Of a stretch of 16,303 bases of DNA, positions 7,264 through 15,722 are shown piece by piece. Origin of the DNA: a candidate division WOR-3 bacterium (GTDB taxonomy: Bacteria > Hydrothermota > Hydrothermia > LBFQ01); NCBI GenBank assembly GCA_027050205.1, contig JALUCS010000036.1, positions 1 through 16,303 on the forward strand. The letters run 5' to 3'. A program made the position numbers and the translations under genes. The notes under the pieces were generated by a model. That model searched no databases. It was not told the DNA's origin and saw only the letters and a list, made by a program, of their open reading frames with translations. The number at the start of each line of letters is the position of its first letter. Positions within the stretch are counted from its first letter, which is position 1.

Positions 7264-8638
7264 CCTTCCACTCCTCCACTATCCTTACGGCTCTTACGAA
7301 GAAGGAAGGGGAAACGGAGAACCGCCTGTATCCGAGGGATAGGAGGAAACGGAGGCCCTCCTCGTCGGAGGCCAACTGCCCACAAATACTGACGGGTCTG
7401 CGGGAGGCTCTAAGGATGTGGCTCAAAAGCTCTCCGAATACGGGGTTGACCTGCTCCCTTATGTCGCTCGTCCCCCTCTCCCTGCCAGTGAAGAAGGACC
7501 AGAGGTCGTTGGTGCCTACGGAGAAGAAGGAGGCGAACTCGTTGGCGTCCTCAAGACTCCAGGCGAAGGACGGTACCTCCACCATAAAGCCCACCTCCCC
7601 TACGCCCATAGAGGTGACGTAGTTGTGGAAGAGGCGGGCCGTCTCCGGCAAATCCACCATGGGTATCATTATACGGAAGTTCGGATACCGCTTTACAACC
7701 TCAAGGAGGGCGTTGAAACGCTCTTTGAGGTCCTTCAGGAGCCGCATAGCCCCCCTGACACCATGGAACTTCTCCCCTCCTACATCGTAGGCCCTGACTA
7801 TCACGGGGGCGTCAAGACGGGCGAACCTCTCCCAGTCTATCCGGTTGAGGTCGGCGTTTATGAGGTACTCCGTACGGAGGAGACCGACACCCGTCCCGTA
7901 CCTTTCCGCCCAATAGACGTCCTCCGGTACGTCAAGGTTCAACAGTAGCTCCACCTCCTCTCCGTCGGCCGTACGGAAGAACCTGCCCCTACGGATATGC
8001 TCCCGCCTGTCGGAGGCTCCTATGGGTTTTCTTGAGACTATGCCGGCATCCCCATCAACGTAAACGGTCTCGCCGGACTTGAACTCCTCCGGCGATACGC
8101 CTACCACCGTCGGTATCTGGGCGTTGGCCAGGATTATGGCGGCGTGGGAATCGGAGGACAGCTCCTTCAGGACGACGGCCGCCACCCGCTTGGCCTTCAA
8201 CTTTAAGGCGAGAGGGACGCTGATGCTCTCGGCTACGAAGACCGTATCTGGGCCTATAGGTAGGTCAAACGTCCCGTTACGGAGGATGTCCCGGATTATC
8301 TGGACTATCTCCTCGGCCTTACGGGCGAAGAAGGGGTCGGAGGCCATCATCCTCTCAACTAAGGGGCGGAGGGCTATATCCACGGCCTCCTCCGTTGGGA
8401 CCTCAAGCTTGAGGCAGAGCCTCAATCTCTCCCGGAAGGTGGGATCGGTTATTATGAGCCTTACGAACTGGGCGAAGATGTCCCCCTCCTCCCTCTTAAG
8501 CTCCTCCGCCATCCTGTCCAGAACCTCCGGGAAGTTCTCCGTTATCCCTTGAGGGGTGGAGAATACGAAGACCCTACCCTTCGCCCTCCCAGGGACCAGA
8601 CCTATACCCGTCAGGATGTTCTTGACCTCACTCTTCAT
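7253..8638 (-). CDS. ptsI: PEP-protein phosphotransferase (PTS enzyme I), compact 461 aa
   Basis: GIGLVPG.AKG; SHAAII phospho-His motif; GVGLLRTEY; VRAYDVGGEK; IMIPMV; MVEVPS; FSVGTNDL; ICGQLAS; directly downstream of HPr. Confidence 0.9.
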   Translation of the reverse strand: MKSEVKNILTGIGLVPGRAKGRVFVFSTPQGITENFPEVLDRMAEELKREEGDIFAQFVRLIITDPTFRERLRLCLKLEVPTEEAVDIALRPLVERMMASDPFFARKAEEIVQIIRDILRNGTFDLPIGPDTVFVAESISVPLALKLKAKRVAAVVLKELSSDSHAAIILANAQIPTVVGVSPEEFKSGETVYVDGDAGIVSRKPIGASDRREHIRRGRFFRTADGEEVELLLNLDVPEDVYWAERYGTGVGLLRTEYLINADLNRIDWERFARLDAPVIVRAYDVGGEKFHGVRGAMRLLKDLKERFNALLEVVKRYPNFRIMIPMVDLPETARLFHNYVTSMGVGEVGFMVEVPSFAWSLEDANEFASFFSVGTNDLWSFFTGRERGTSDIREQVNPVFGELLSHILRASRRPVSICGQLASDEEGLRFLLSLGYRRFSVSPSFFVRAVRIVEEWKDGR

Positions 8639-8918
8639 TGAACTTCTCCACCTCTATCAGCCGTACCAACGCCTCTACGGCCTCCTCCGCGTCCGGTCCT
8701 TCGGCTTCTATGGTGAGTTCGGTTCCCATGGGGGCGGTCAGCATCATAATACCAAAGAGGCTCTTGGCGTTCACCCTCATAACCTCGCCGTTCTCCTCCT
8801 CCTTTATCAGGAAGATGTCGCTCTCAAACTTGGCAGCCGTAGATGCTATGAGGGTACTCGGTCGGGCGTGTAGGCCGAGCCTGTTCCTCAACTTCACCTT
8901 TCTTACGACTCTGCTCAC
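8628..8918 (-). CDS. ptsH: Phosphocarrier protein HPr
   Basis: GLHARPS (His15) and NAKSLFGIMML (Ser46) motifs; AEGPDAEEAVEAL. Confidence 0.95.
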   Translation of the reverse strand: MSRVVRKVKLRNRLGLHARPSTLIASTAAKFESDIFLIKEEENGEVMRVNAKSLFGIMMLTAPMGTELTIEAEGPDAEEAVEALVRLIEVEKFNEE

Positions 8919-8955
8919 GGTCGGGAAGGCATTTTACGGTCGGAAGGTCTCGCCT

Positions 8956-9618
8956 TTACAGGGTCTCTATCCTGTGCCACAGGGTGAAGTTCTCACCGTC
9001 TCCCGAAACCTCCCCCTCGTCCCCGGACCTGACGAGGGTCCTAACCCTGTGCAGCCCCCTCCTTAGGATGAAGTCGGCGGCGGCGGAGAGGGTACCGGTG
9101 GCGCACCCCATAGGCTCGTACGGATAACCGTACTCCCACGTCCTGACGAAGACGGTGTCCCCTATGCGGGAGTAGGCGTTCAGGTGGTACCCCATCCCCC
9201 CCTTCACCAGTGAAAGGTAGGCCTCCTTCAGGGGAAATCCGAGGACGTTCCCAACCGGAAGGACGAGGTGCCTCACCCCCTCCATACTCACCAGCGAGTG
9301 GTCGCCCCTCAAGGACACGGACAGACGCAGGGTTATGCCGACCCTATCCCCTCTTACTATGACCCTCTTCGGCCCGGAGGCCTCAACCTCCACCTCCCCG
9401 TCCCTACCGCCCAAGAGGAGGTATCCGAGGACCCTCGTGGCGTTCCCGCAGAAGGGTACCCTCCGGCCGAGGTAGTTGAAGTAGTAGAGTGTCCTCTCCC
9501 CTTTTCGGACGTATATCCACCCGCTAAAACCTTCGGGAAGAGGCGGAAATTCGCTAAATTTCGGTATCCCATCCCCACGCACTACCAGAAATTTGTCCCC
9601 TCCGATGGAAACCTTCAT
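8956..9618 (-). CDS. Diaminopimelate epimerase (DapF)-fold protein, short and divergent
   Basis: FCGNATR and MGCATGT carry the two catalytic Cys motifs (cf. MCGNGxR, ACGTGA); GGDKFLVV, VRTWEYG (cf. GNDF, RVWERG); ATGA overlap with upstream gene. Confidence 0.7.
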   Translation of the reverse strand: MKVSIGGDKFLVVRGDGIPKFSEFPPLPEGFSGWIYVRKGERTLYYFNYLGRRVPFCGNATRVLGYLLLGGRDGEVEVEASGPKRVIVRGDRVGITLRLSVSLRGDHSLVSMEGVRHLVLPVGNVLGFPLKEAYLSLVKGGMGYHLNAYSRIGDTVFVRTWEYGYPYEPMGCATGTLSAAADFILRRGLHRVRTLVRSGDEGEVSGDGENFTLWHRIETL

Positions 9619-9875
9619 ATCATCCGGGCTATGAGGAGAAAGAGGAGGCCCATAAAGACGCCCATAAGGGACAGCTCCAACTTGAGGCCGAGGGAGAGGA
9701 TGAGGAAGTACAGGTCAAGGGTCACGTCCCTGAAGCCGAAGGAGAAGCGGTAGGTGACGGCGTCCAACGCCCCGCTGTGGGGGACGAAGACGGGAAGGAC
9801 GGCGGAGAGTACCTCCCCAACCATCACGCCAAGGAAAGCCATAAGGACGTAGAAGAGGGGAGGTTTCTGAAACAA
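9615..9875 (-). CDS. Small membrane protein, DUF4321-like
   Basis: 86 aa, two hydrophobic segments flanking GFRDVTLDLYFLILSLGLKLELSLMGVFMGL; TTG start at 9875 (alternative ATG 9842). Confidence 0.7.
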   Translation of the reverse strand: MFQKPPLFYVLMAFLGVMVGEVLSAVLPVFVPHSGALDAVTYRFSFGFRDVTLDLYFLILSLGLKLELSLMGVFMGLLFLLIARMI

Positions 9876-9876
9876 G

Positions 9877-9960
9877 TGCCGGGAGTGGGACTCGAACCCA
9901 CACGGGGATTACCCCGGGGGATTTTAAATCCCCTGCGTCTACCTGTTCCGCCATCCCGGC
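9877..9960 (-). tRNA. tRNA-Leu (anticodon TAA), CCA not encoded
   Basis: GCCGGGA acceptor stem pairs with TCCCGGC+A; D arm TGGCGGAACAGGTAGACGC; anticodon arm GGGGA-TTTAAAA-TCCCC; long variable arm CGGGG-TAAT-CCCCG; T arm GTGGG-TTCGAGT-CCCAC; discriminator followed by CTT. Confidence 0.97.
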
Positions 9961-9975
9961 ACCGGACGAGGCTAT

Positions 9976-9981
9976 ATTCTA
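9976..9981 (-). promoter_or_regulatory. Putative -10 box for the tRNA-Leu transcription unit
   Basis: TAGAAT on the minus strand, 15 nt upstream of the tRNA 5' end. Confidence 0.55.
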
Positions 9982-9995
9982 AAGTGGAACTACCC

Positions 9996-10727
9996 TCACC
10001 TCTCCAGAGGCACCTTCATAGATAGGCCAAGGAGGAGGTTGAGGTCGTAGGGTTTTACGCCGTACAGGGAGGAGGTGGAGTCCTTTGACTGCGAGGCTAC
10101 GTAGCCGTCGTAGTTGTACTTGAGTATGACGTTGAAGGCCAGCGTTTGGGTGAGGGCGACGGAATAGGTCACGTCCCCGAAAACCCTGTAGTCGTTGGCA
10201 AAGTCCAGGAGGTTGGGCTGGTAGAACAGGATGAAGGAGAGGGTACCGAAGGGACCGAAGTTGAACTTTCCCTTGGGCCTAACCGACAGCCTTACGGGAT
10301 AACGGCTAACCGTGTCCCCTACGAACTTCTCGTAGCCCCCAAGGAGGGCGGCGCTAACCGACACCTTTGAGCCATCCCTGTTGAGGAAGACGTACTTGGC
10401 TCCGGCTCCCCCTTGGGTACGGTTCCCAAGGTTCATAACGCGGTCGTACTCCGAGGAGCCGAACACGAACACCTCCACCTTCTCCGTTACGTACCTATCC
10501 ACCCTAAGCATACCTATGCCGTTGTTGGCGGTAATGGCCGTACTGTCTCCCACTTCGGCTGTACCGTAGGAACCGCTGAAACTGACCTCGTACTCCCAGG
10601 GATATACGTCCCTACCGAGGCCCACCTTACCCCCGAACAGGGAGGTACGGGTGTTGCCATACACGAGGTTCCCGTTGAGGGCTGCGCTGAAAGTTAGAGG
10701 TGTGCCTGCCAATAGGATACCTACCAT
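9996..10727 (-). CDS. Outer-membrane beta-barrel protein, DUF481 (YdiY)-like
   Basis: Alternating beta-strand pattern, GNTRT, EYDRVMNLGNRTQGGAGAKY, FYQPNLLDFANDYRV; TATAAT (10743-10738) 10 nt upstream of ATG. Confidence 0.75.
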   Translation of the reverse strand: MVGILLAGTPLTFSAALNGNLVYGNTRTSLFGGKVGLGRDVYPWEYEVSFSGSYGTAEVGDSTAITANNGIGMLRVDRYVTEKVEVFVFGSSEYDRVMNLGNRTQGGAGAKYVFLNRDGSKVSVSAALLGGYEKFVGDTVSRYPVRLSVRPKGKFNFGPFGTLSFILFYQPNLLDFANDYRVFGDVTYSVALTQTLAFNVILKYNYDGYVASQSKDSTSSLYGVKPYDLNLLLGLSMKVPLER

Positions 10728-11543
10728 AAGGTCGGGTATTATATAGGAGAAAAGGTGGCGAAAAATATATTTTGCACTTTTGATGAGAGATGTGATTACA
10801 CAAATAATTGTTGAAATCTTGGAAAGATAACCCAGTTTTATTCAAAAATCTTCGCCACATACGGAATAATAAAAAGAATTTCGGTAAAAAAACGCATATT
10901 TTAGAATATTTGGTTTAGTTTCATTAAAGCACACGAAACCGAAAGTCGTAAAATCCCGAAGTTCCACCCGTGCCGATGGAGTCAGGGCGGCCTGCGGATC
11001 ATCGTCATATCCCGTCTCCCGGAACCGGCATAGGCTATGCGCTACCCGGTTCCCTACAGAGTCCGTGCCTTCAAAACGATAAATCTTGAAAACACTCATA
11101 CGGCCAACAGGATTGATATTCGGATACGGGAAGCCTTACGCAAATGGGCCTTTACAGCCTACATGTCCTATTCGGTTGAGTATCAAATCTTGAACGATTG
11201 TGAGATACTTTTAAAAATGAAACCTATTTTCGGGAATACTAGTTACAATCGGCGTAAATCTCCAGCACAAAACTCTGCAGCAACTTATGAGGACTACGTC
11301 CCTCCCCATCCGCCAAACGTCCCCCGTTGCACCGTTCGTCCATCCGTAAAACCGTCCCTTACGCCCGTTGGACGTACATATGCTAAGAATTTCTGCAATC
11401 ATTTCATAAATCTGGGAAAATATAGGTTTTTGGAGCATCCCCGACTTTGAAGGGGGACCGAAGAACTGCGACCTGGACGGTTGTCTCCGTTTCTTACGAA
11501 GTGCTGGGGTGGGTCTCTGCCGCAATCCTCCCTCCGCCCCCCG

Positions 11544-11549
11544 TAGAAT
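11544..11549 (+). promoter_or_regulatory. -10 box immediately upstream of TTG start (leaderless-type)
   Basis: TAGAAT, 6 nt, TTG 11556; no SD. Confidence 0.6.
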
Positions 11550-11555
11550 CGCCCC

Positions 11556-12650
11556 TTGAAGGTTCCTCCTGTCAATCTCGTAAAGCAGAACGAGGCCTTT
11601 AGGGAGGAGTTTGAGGCCGCCCTCCGGGAGATACTGTCCGACGCCCACTTCGTCCTTGGGCCACGCCTTAGGAAGTTTGAGGAGGAGTTCGCCCGGTACC
11701 TTGGGGTGGGGTACGCCATAGGGGTGAACAGCGGTACGGACGCCCTCGTCCTAAGCTTGAGGGCCATCGGTGTGGGGAGAGGGGACGAGGTCATCACCAC
11801 TCCCTTCTCCTTCTACGCGACGGTTGAGGCCATCCTCTTGGTAGGGGCCAAGCCAGTATTCGCCGACATAGACCCCAGGACCTTCAACCTCAACCCGGAG
11901 GCCGTGAGGGAGGCCATAACCCCAAGGACAAAGGCTATATTACCCGTGCATCTCTTCGGACAGGCCGCCGAGGTGGAGAGGATGGGGTTGCCCAACGTTA
12001 GGGTGGTGGAGGATGCCGCACAGGCTGCCGGTGCGGAGAGGTTCGGCCGTAAGGTGGGGAGTCTGGGGGACGTGGCCGCCTTCAGCTTCTACCCCACCAA
12101 GAACCTGTCCGCCCTAGGGGACGGAGGGGCGATAACGACAGGCGATAGAGAGGTGGCGGAGCGGGTGCGGAGGTTAAGGGTCCACTGCCAGACGGGGAAG
12201 TACGTCCACGAGGGTGTGGGGTACAACAGCCGCCTGGACGAGATACAGGCCGCCTTTCTCTCTGTGAAACTGAAGCATCTGGACCGCTGGAACGCCCGCC
12301 GGAGGGAGATAGCCAACCTCTACACCGAAGCCCTGAAGGATACAGTCATAACTCCGTACGTGGCCGAGGGGAACCTCCACGTCTTCCATCAGTACACCGT
12401 AAGAGTGGAGGACAGGGACGGCCTTAGGGACTTCCTACTCAAGCGGGGCGTAGGGGTCTCCGTCTTCTACCCCGTACCCCTCCACCTCCAGAGGGTCCTA
12501 CGGGAGGAGTTCGGATACAGGGAGGGCCAGTTCCCGGAAGCGGAGAGGGCGGCAAGGGAGGTCTTGAGCCTCCCCATCTACCCGGAGATGGAGGACTGGC
12601 AGGTGGAGTACGTGATTGAGAGCGTAAAGAGGTACTACGGGAAGGCTTGA
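11556..12650 (+). CDS. DegT/DnrJ/EryC1/StrS family PLP-dependent sugar aminotransferase
   Basis: NSGTDAL, GDEVITTPFSF, PVHLFGQ, EDAAQAAG, SFYPTKNL (PLP Lys), GYNSRLDEIQAA, LSLPIYPEM. Confidence 0.95.
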   Translation: MKVPPVNLVKQNEAFREEFEAALREILSDAHFVLGPRLRKFEEEFARYLGVGYAIGVNSGTDALVLSLRAIGVGRGDEVITTPFSFYATVEAILLVGAKPVFADIDPRTFNLNPEAVREAITPRTKAILPVHLFGQAAEVERMGLPNVRVVEDAAQAAGAERFGRKVGSLGDVAAFSFYPTKNLSALGDGGAITTGDREVAERVRRLRVHCQTGKYVHEGVGYNSRLDEIQAAFLSVKLKHLDRWNARRREIANLYTEALKDTVITPYVAEGNLHVFHQYTVRVEDRDGLRDFLLKRGVGVSVFYPVPLHLQRVLREEFGYREGQFPEAERAAREVLSLPIYPEMEDWQVEYVIESVKRYYGKA

Positions 12651-12680
12651 CCCAAGCCCCCTTATAATACCGGGAGCCTA

Positions 12681-13118
12681 ATGGCTTACAGGAGACTGTT
12701 TTCCATATCGCTGTCTTCGGAGCTGATGGATCTACTCGTAGAGTTGCGAAGGGTACTTGAGAGGACGGTCAGGAGATTTACCGATAGCGACGACATCGTT
12801 TCCGATATGATAACCATATTTGACGAGGCGGTCTCCAACGCCATGAAGCACGCGTACAACGGCGGAGTGGGGCCGGTAAGGGTAGACCTCTACGTAGATG
12901 AGGCGAGACGGCGCTTTATGCTACGGGTGTACGACCGCGGCAAGATTCCACGGGGCATGCGGGAAGATATGAGCCGCTACAAGGTGGACCTCAACCGCTG
13001 GCTTGAGGAGGGTAAGGTCGGGGGCATCGGCCTCCACCTCATAGCCCAGCTCTCGGACGCCGTCTATTGGAAGAAGCTCAAGCAAGGGAAGTACCTACAG
13101 GTGGAAAAGGGGTTTTAA
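12681..13118 (+). CDS. RsbW/SpoIIAB-like anti-sigma factor Ser/Thr kinase (HATPase_c)
   Basis: EAVSNAMKHAY (N box), VYDRG (G1), GGIGLHLIAQLSD (G2); TATAAT 12663-12668 and GGAG upstream. Confidence 0.88.
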   Translation: MAYRRLFSISLSSELMDLLVELRRVLERTVRRFTDSDDIVSDMITIFDEAVSNAMKHAYNGGVGPVRVDLYVDEARRRFMLRVYDRGKIPRGMREDMSRYKVDLNRWLEEGKVGGIGLHLIAQLSDAVYWKKLKQGKYLQVEKGF

Positions 13119-13120
13119 GT

Positions 13121-14647
13121 ATGCGGGCCAAGGTACCGCTTTCCCTCAAGTTCTTTGGCCTCTTTACCCTCCTCCTCGTGGTCGTTATTGCGGTCTCTAC
13201 CCTCGTGATAACGAGGACGGTTAGCCAAAAGATAAGGGAACAGGTGGAGTGGAGGGGTATATCTCTGGCCAAGTTCCTAGCCTCCCAGGCTGCCGAGGCC
13301 CTACTTCAAGAGGACGACCTCACCCTCGTGAGCGTCACGACCGGTCTCAAGAGGTCTAATCCCGGTGTCCTCAAGGCTATAGTCGTGGATAACCGGGGCA
13401 TCCTCGTCTCCCACAGCGACAGCATAATGCTGAAGGACAGACCCTACAAGATCCGGAACGTAAGGGTCTATAAGGAGATCAAAGATCAACTAGCCGGAAA
13501 GAGCATAACGGTAAAGCTCTTTGAGAGCGGCTCCGCCATAGGTGTGGAGCTACCTATGATAGACCGCATAAGGAAGAAGCGGCTGGGGAAGGCCTACGTA
13601 TTCCTATCAAGGAAGGCCATAGACGAGGCGGCCCGGAGTACCCAGCAGTTTCTCTTCCTCATAGGTCTCCTCGCCATCGTAGGTGGGGCGGCCATAAGTT
13701 GGATATTCTCCCGTATGGTGACCCACAACATCCAGGTCCTGATGGAAGATCTGGAGGAGATAGGTAAGGGGAACCTGGACCACGAGGTCAGGGTGAGGAG
13801 CAACGACGAGATAGGCCTGATAGCCGACGCCATACGCAACATGCTCCGGCAGTTGAAACAGGCCCAAGAGAGGCTCATAGAATCCGAGAGGCTCAAGCAC
13901 GAGGTGGAGGTGGCCCGTAGGATCCAGAGCATTCTGCTGCCTCGGAGTATGCCCCGCATACCCAAGTACGAGTTCGCCGCCGCCTACCATCCGGCCCTCG
14001 TCGTGGGAGGGGACTACTACGACTACTTCCGCATGCTCGGTGGTCAGTGGGGTTTCCTGGTGGCGGACGTCTCCGGCAAGGGCGTTGGCGGCTCCCTGGT
14101 TATGGTGATGTTCCGCACCGTCATACACTCCGAGGCTCCCATATCCTCCTCCCCCAAGGAGCTCGTCCTCAAGGCCCACGAGAGCATAGTCGGGGAGATT
14201 CCCGACGATATGTACATCACCTGCGGCGTAGCCTCCCTCAAGCCCACCGAAGGTACCCTCCGACTCGTATCCGCCGGACACAACCCACCCCTCTACTACA
14301 GCTCCGAGACCGGGAAGGCCGTCTACCTTGAGCTGGAGGGCGCCCCCGTAGGCCTCTCCATGTTGGAGAGGGACGTCCTGGCGGAGGTGCTTGAGGAGAG
14401 GGAGATGGAGATGAAGGTGGGAGACGTGATAATGCTCTACTCCGACGGCATAACCGAAGCGACGAACCTCCAGGGGGAGCAGTTCGGTGAGGGGAGGCTC
14501 CGGAAGCTCTTCCTCTCCCTCGCCAGCCGTGGTGCCAGCGCCGAGGAGATAAAGGACGAGATCTTAGACAAGTTGAGCGAGTTCACCAGAGGCGCTCCCC
14601 AGTCGGACGATATAACCCTCCTCATAATACGGAGGACGGAGGCTTAG
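13121..14647 (+). CDS. Membrane sensor PP2C/SpoIIE (RsbU-like) phosphatase: TM, extracytoplasmic sensor, TM, HAMP, SpoIIE; 508 aa
   Basis: Two TM helices; HAMP GNLDHEVRVRSNDEIGLIA; ARRIQSILLP, VGGDYYD, VADVSGKG, SAGHNPP, LYSDGITEA, DDITLL. ATG 13121 lies 2 nt after the upstream stop. Confidence 0.92.
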   Translation: MRAKVPLSLKFFGLFTLLLVVVIAVSTLVITRTVSQKIREQVEWRGISLAKFLASQAAEALLQEDDLTLVSVTTGLKRSNPGVLKAIVVDNRGILVSHSDSIMLKDRPYKIRNVRVYKEIKDQLAGKSITVKLFESGSAIGVELPMIDRIRKKRLGKAYVFLSRKAIDEAARSTQQFLFLIGLLAIVGGAAISWIFSRMVTHNIQVLMEDLEEIGKGNLDHEVRVRSNDEIGLIADAIRNMLRQLKQAQERLIESERLKHEVEVARRIQSILLPRSMPRIPKYEFAAAYHPALVVGGDYYDYFRMLGGQWGFLVADVSGKGVGGSLVMVMFRTVIHSEAPISSSPKELVLKAHESIVGEIPDDMYITCGVASLKPTEGTLRLVSAGHNPPLYYSSETGKAVYLELEGAPVGLSMLERDVLAEVLEEREMEMKVGDVIMLYSDGITEATNLQGEQFGEGRLRKLFLSLASRGASAEEIKDEILDKLSEFTRGAPQSDDITLLIIRRTEA

Positions 14648-14684
14648 GGTAAAAAGGCCCGTCTAACACCCTTAGGATACTTGG

Positions 14685-15686
14685 GTGTTCAGGGTAGAGG
14701 TAAGATGGGAGAACCTCCGCTACAACTACAGGCTCCTCAAGAAGGAGGTAGGGGACTACGAGATAATACCCGTCGTCAAGGCCAACGCCTACGGCCACGG
14801 CACCCGTGAGGCTACCCTCGTCCTCAAGGAGGAGGGGGCGAAGCTCTTCGTCATCTCAACCATAGACGACTTCAGGAGGGTGGAGGACGTAAGGGACGTG
14901 GACTTCCTGATGCTCTACCCGGACTACACCGACAGGGGACAGATAGAGTACCTCGCCTCCCACCCCAACCTCATCTTCAACCTCTACGACTTCTACGCCA
15001 TAGACGTCCTACCTCCCGGCTCCCGCGTCCACATAAACGTGGATACGGGTATGAACAGGGTAGGGGTCAAGCCTCAAGACTTTGAGAGGCTGTACGAGAG
15101 GGCGAAGCGGAAGCTCCGCGTTGAAGGAGCGTACTCCCACTTCCCCGTAGCGAGGGACCCGGAGTTCTCCCGCCGCCAGATAGAGACGTTTGACTCCCTA
15201 ACCAAGGACAAGGGCCTCTTTAGGCACATAAACAACTCCGAAGGACTCCTAAGGTACGGTGCCATCTTTGACGGGGCAAGGGTGGGAATACTTCTCTACG
15301 GGTACGGCCGCCCCGACGTCAAACCCGTCAAGAGCGTCTTCTCCAAGATAGTGCAAGTGAAACGGATAAGGAAGGGGGAGAGTGTCTCCTACGACAGGAC
15401 CTTCGTAGCCCCGGAGGACGGCTTTCTGGCCGTCGTTCCCGTCGGATACGCTCACGGTGTGAGGCGGGCCAGAGGGTATAGGGTCTTCTCCGAGGGTAGG
15501 TGGTACGAGGTGGCCGGACATATAACAATGGACGCCCTGATGCTCTACTCCCCGGAGGAGAGTTTCCGGGTGGGGCAGGAGGTGGAACTCCTCGGTGAGA
15601 ACAACCGGGCGGACGCCATAGCAGAGGTGTGGGGGACGGTGACCTACGAACCTCTCGTCTCCATCGGTACCCAGCCCGTTTGGTGA
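14685..15686 (+). CDS. alr: Alanine racemase
   Basis: VVKANAYGHG (PLP Lys), DTGMNRVG, YSHF, NSEG, GESVSY (catalytic Tyr), VGYAHG, TMD, GTVTYE; TAGGAT 6 nt before GTG. Confidence 0.92.
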   Translation: MFRVEVRWENLRYNYRLLKKEVGDYEIIPVVKANAYGHGTREATLVLKEEGAKLFVISTIDDFRRVEDVRDVDFLMLYPDYTDRGQIEYLASHPNLIFNLYDFYAIDVLPPGSRVHINVDTGMNRVGVKPQDFERLYERAKRKLRVEGAYSHFPVARDPEFSRRQIETFDSLTKDKGLFRHINNSEGLLRYGAIFDGARVGILLYGYGRPDVKPVKSVFSKIVQVKRIRKGESVSYDRTFVAPEDGFLAVVPVGYAHGVRRARGYRVFSEGRWYEVAGHITMDALMLYSPEESFRVGQEVELLGENNRADAIAEVWGTVTYEPLVSIGTQPVW

Positions 15687-15722
15687 AGACCGATCCCTCA
15701 TTCTCCCCCGTACAATTCCCCC

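Noticed and set aside
10925..11000. GAAA-containing stem reminiscent of a c-di-GMP-I riboswitch
   Set aside because: Conserved GCAAA/GACGCAAA elements and the second stem could not be placed, and it is far from any start codon.
10842..11450. ORFs 10842..11099 (-) and 11037..11450 (+) in the AT-rich gap
   Set aside because: No recognisable motifs, atypical composition, no SD or adjacent -10; likely spurious.
12647..12668. TTGACC as -35 for the TATAAT upstream of the RsbW-like gene
   Set aside because: Spacer is only 10 nt, too short for a sigma70 promoter.
14661..14670. 10-mer GTCTAACACC shared with 1603-1612, and GGGGTAATC at 1461 matching the tRNA variable arm
   Set aside because: Matches of 9-10 nt are expected by chance in 16 kb; no tRNA 3'-end duplication (att site) was found.
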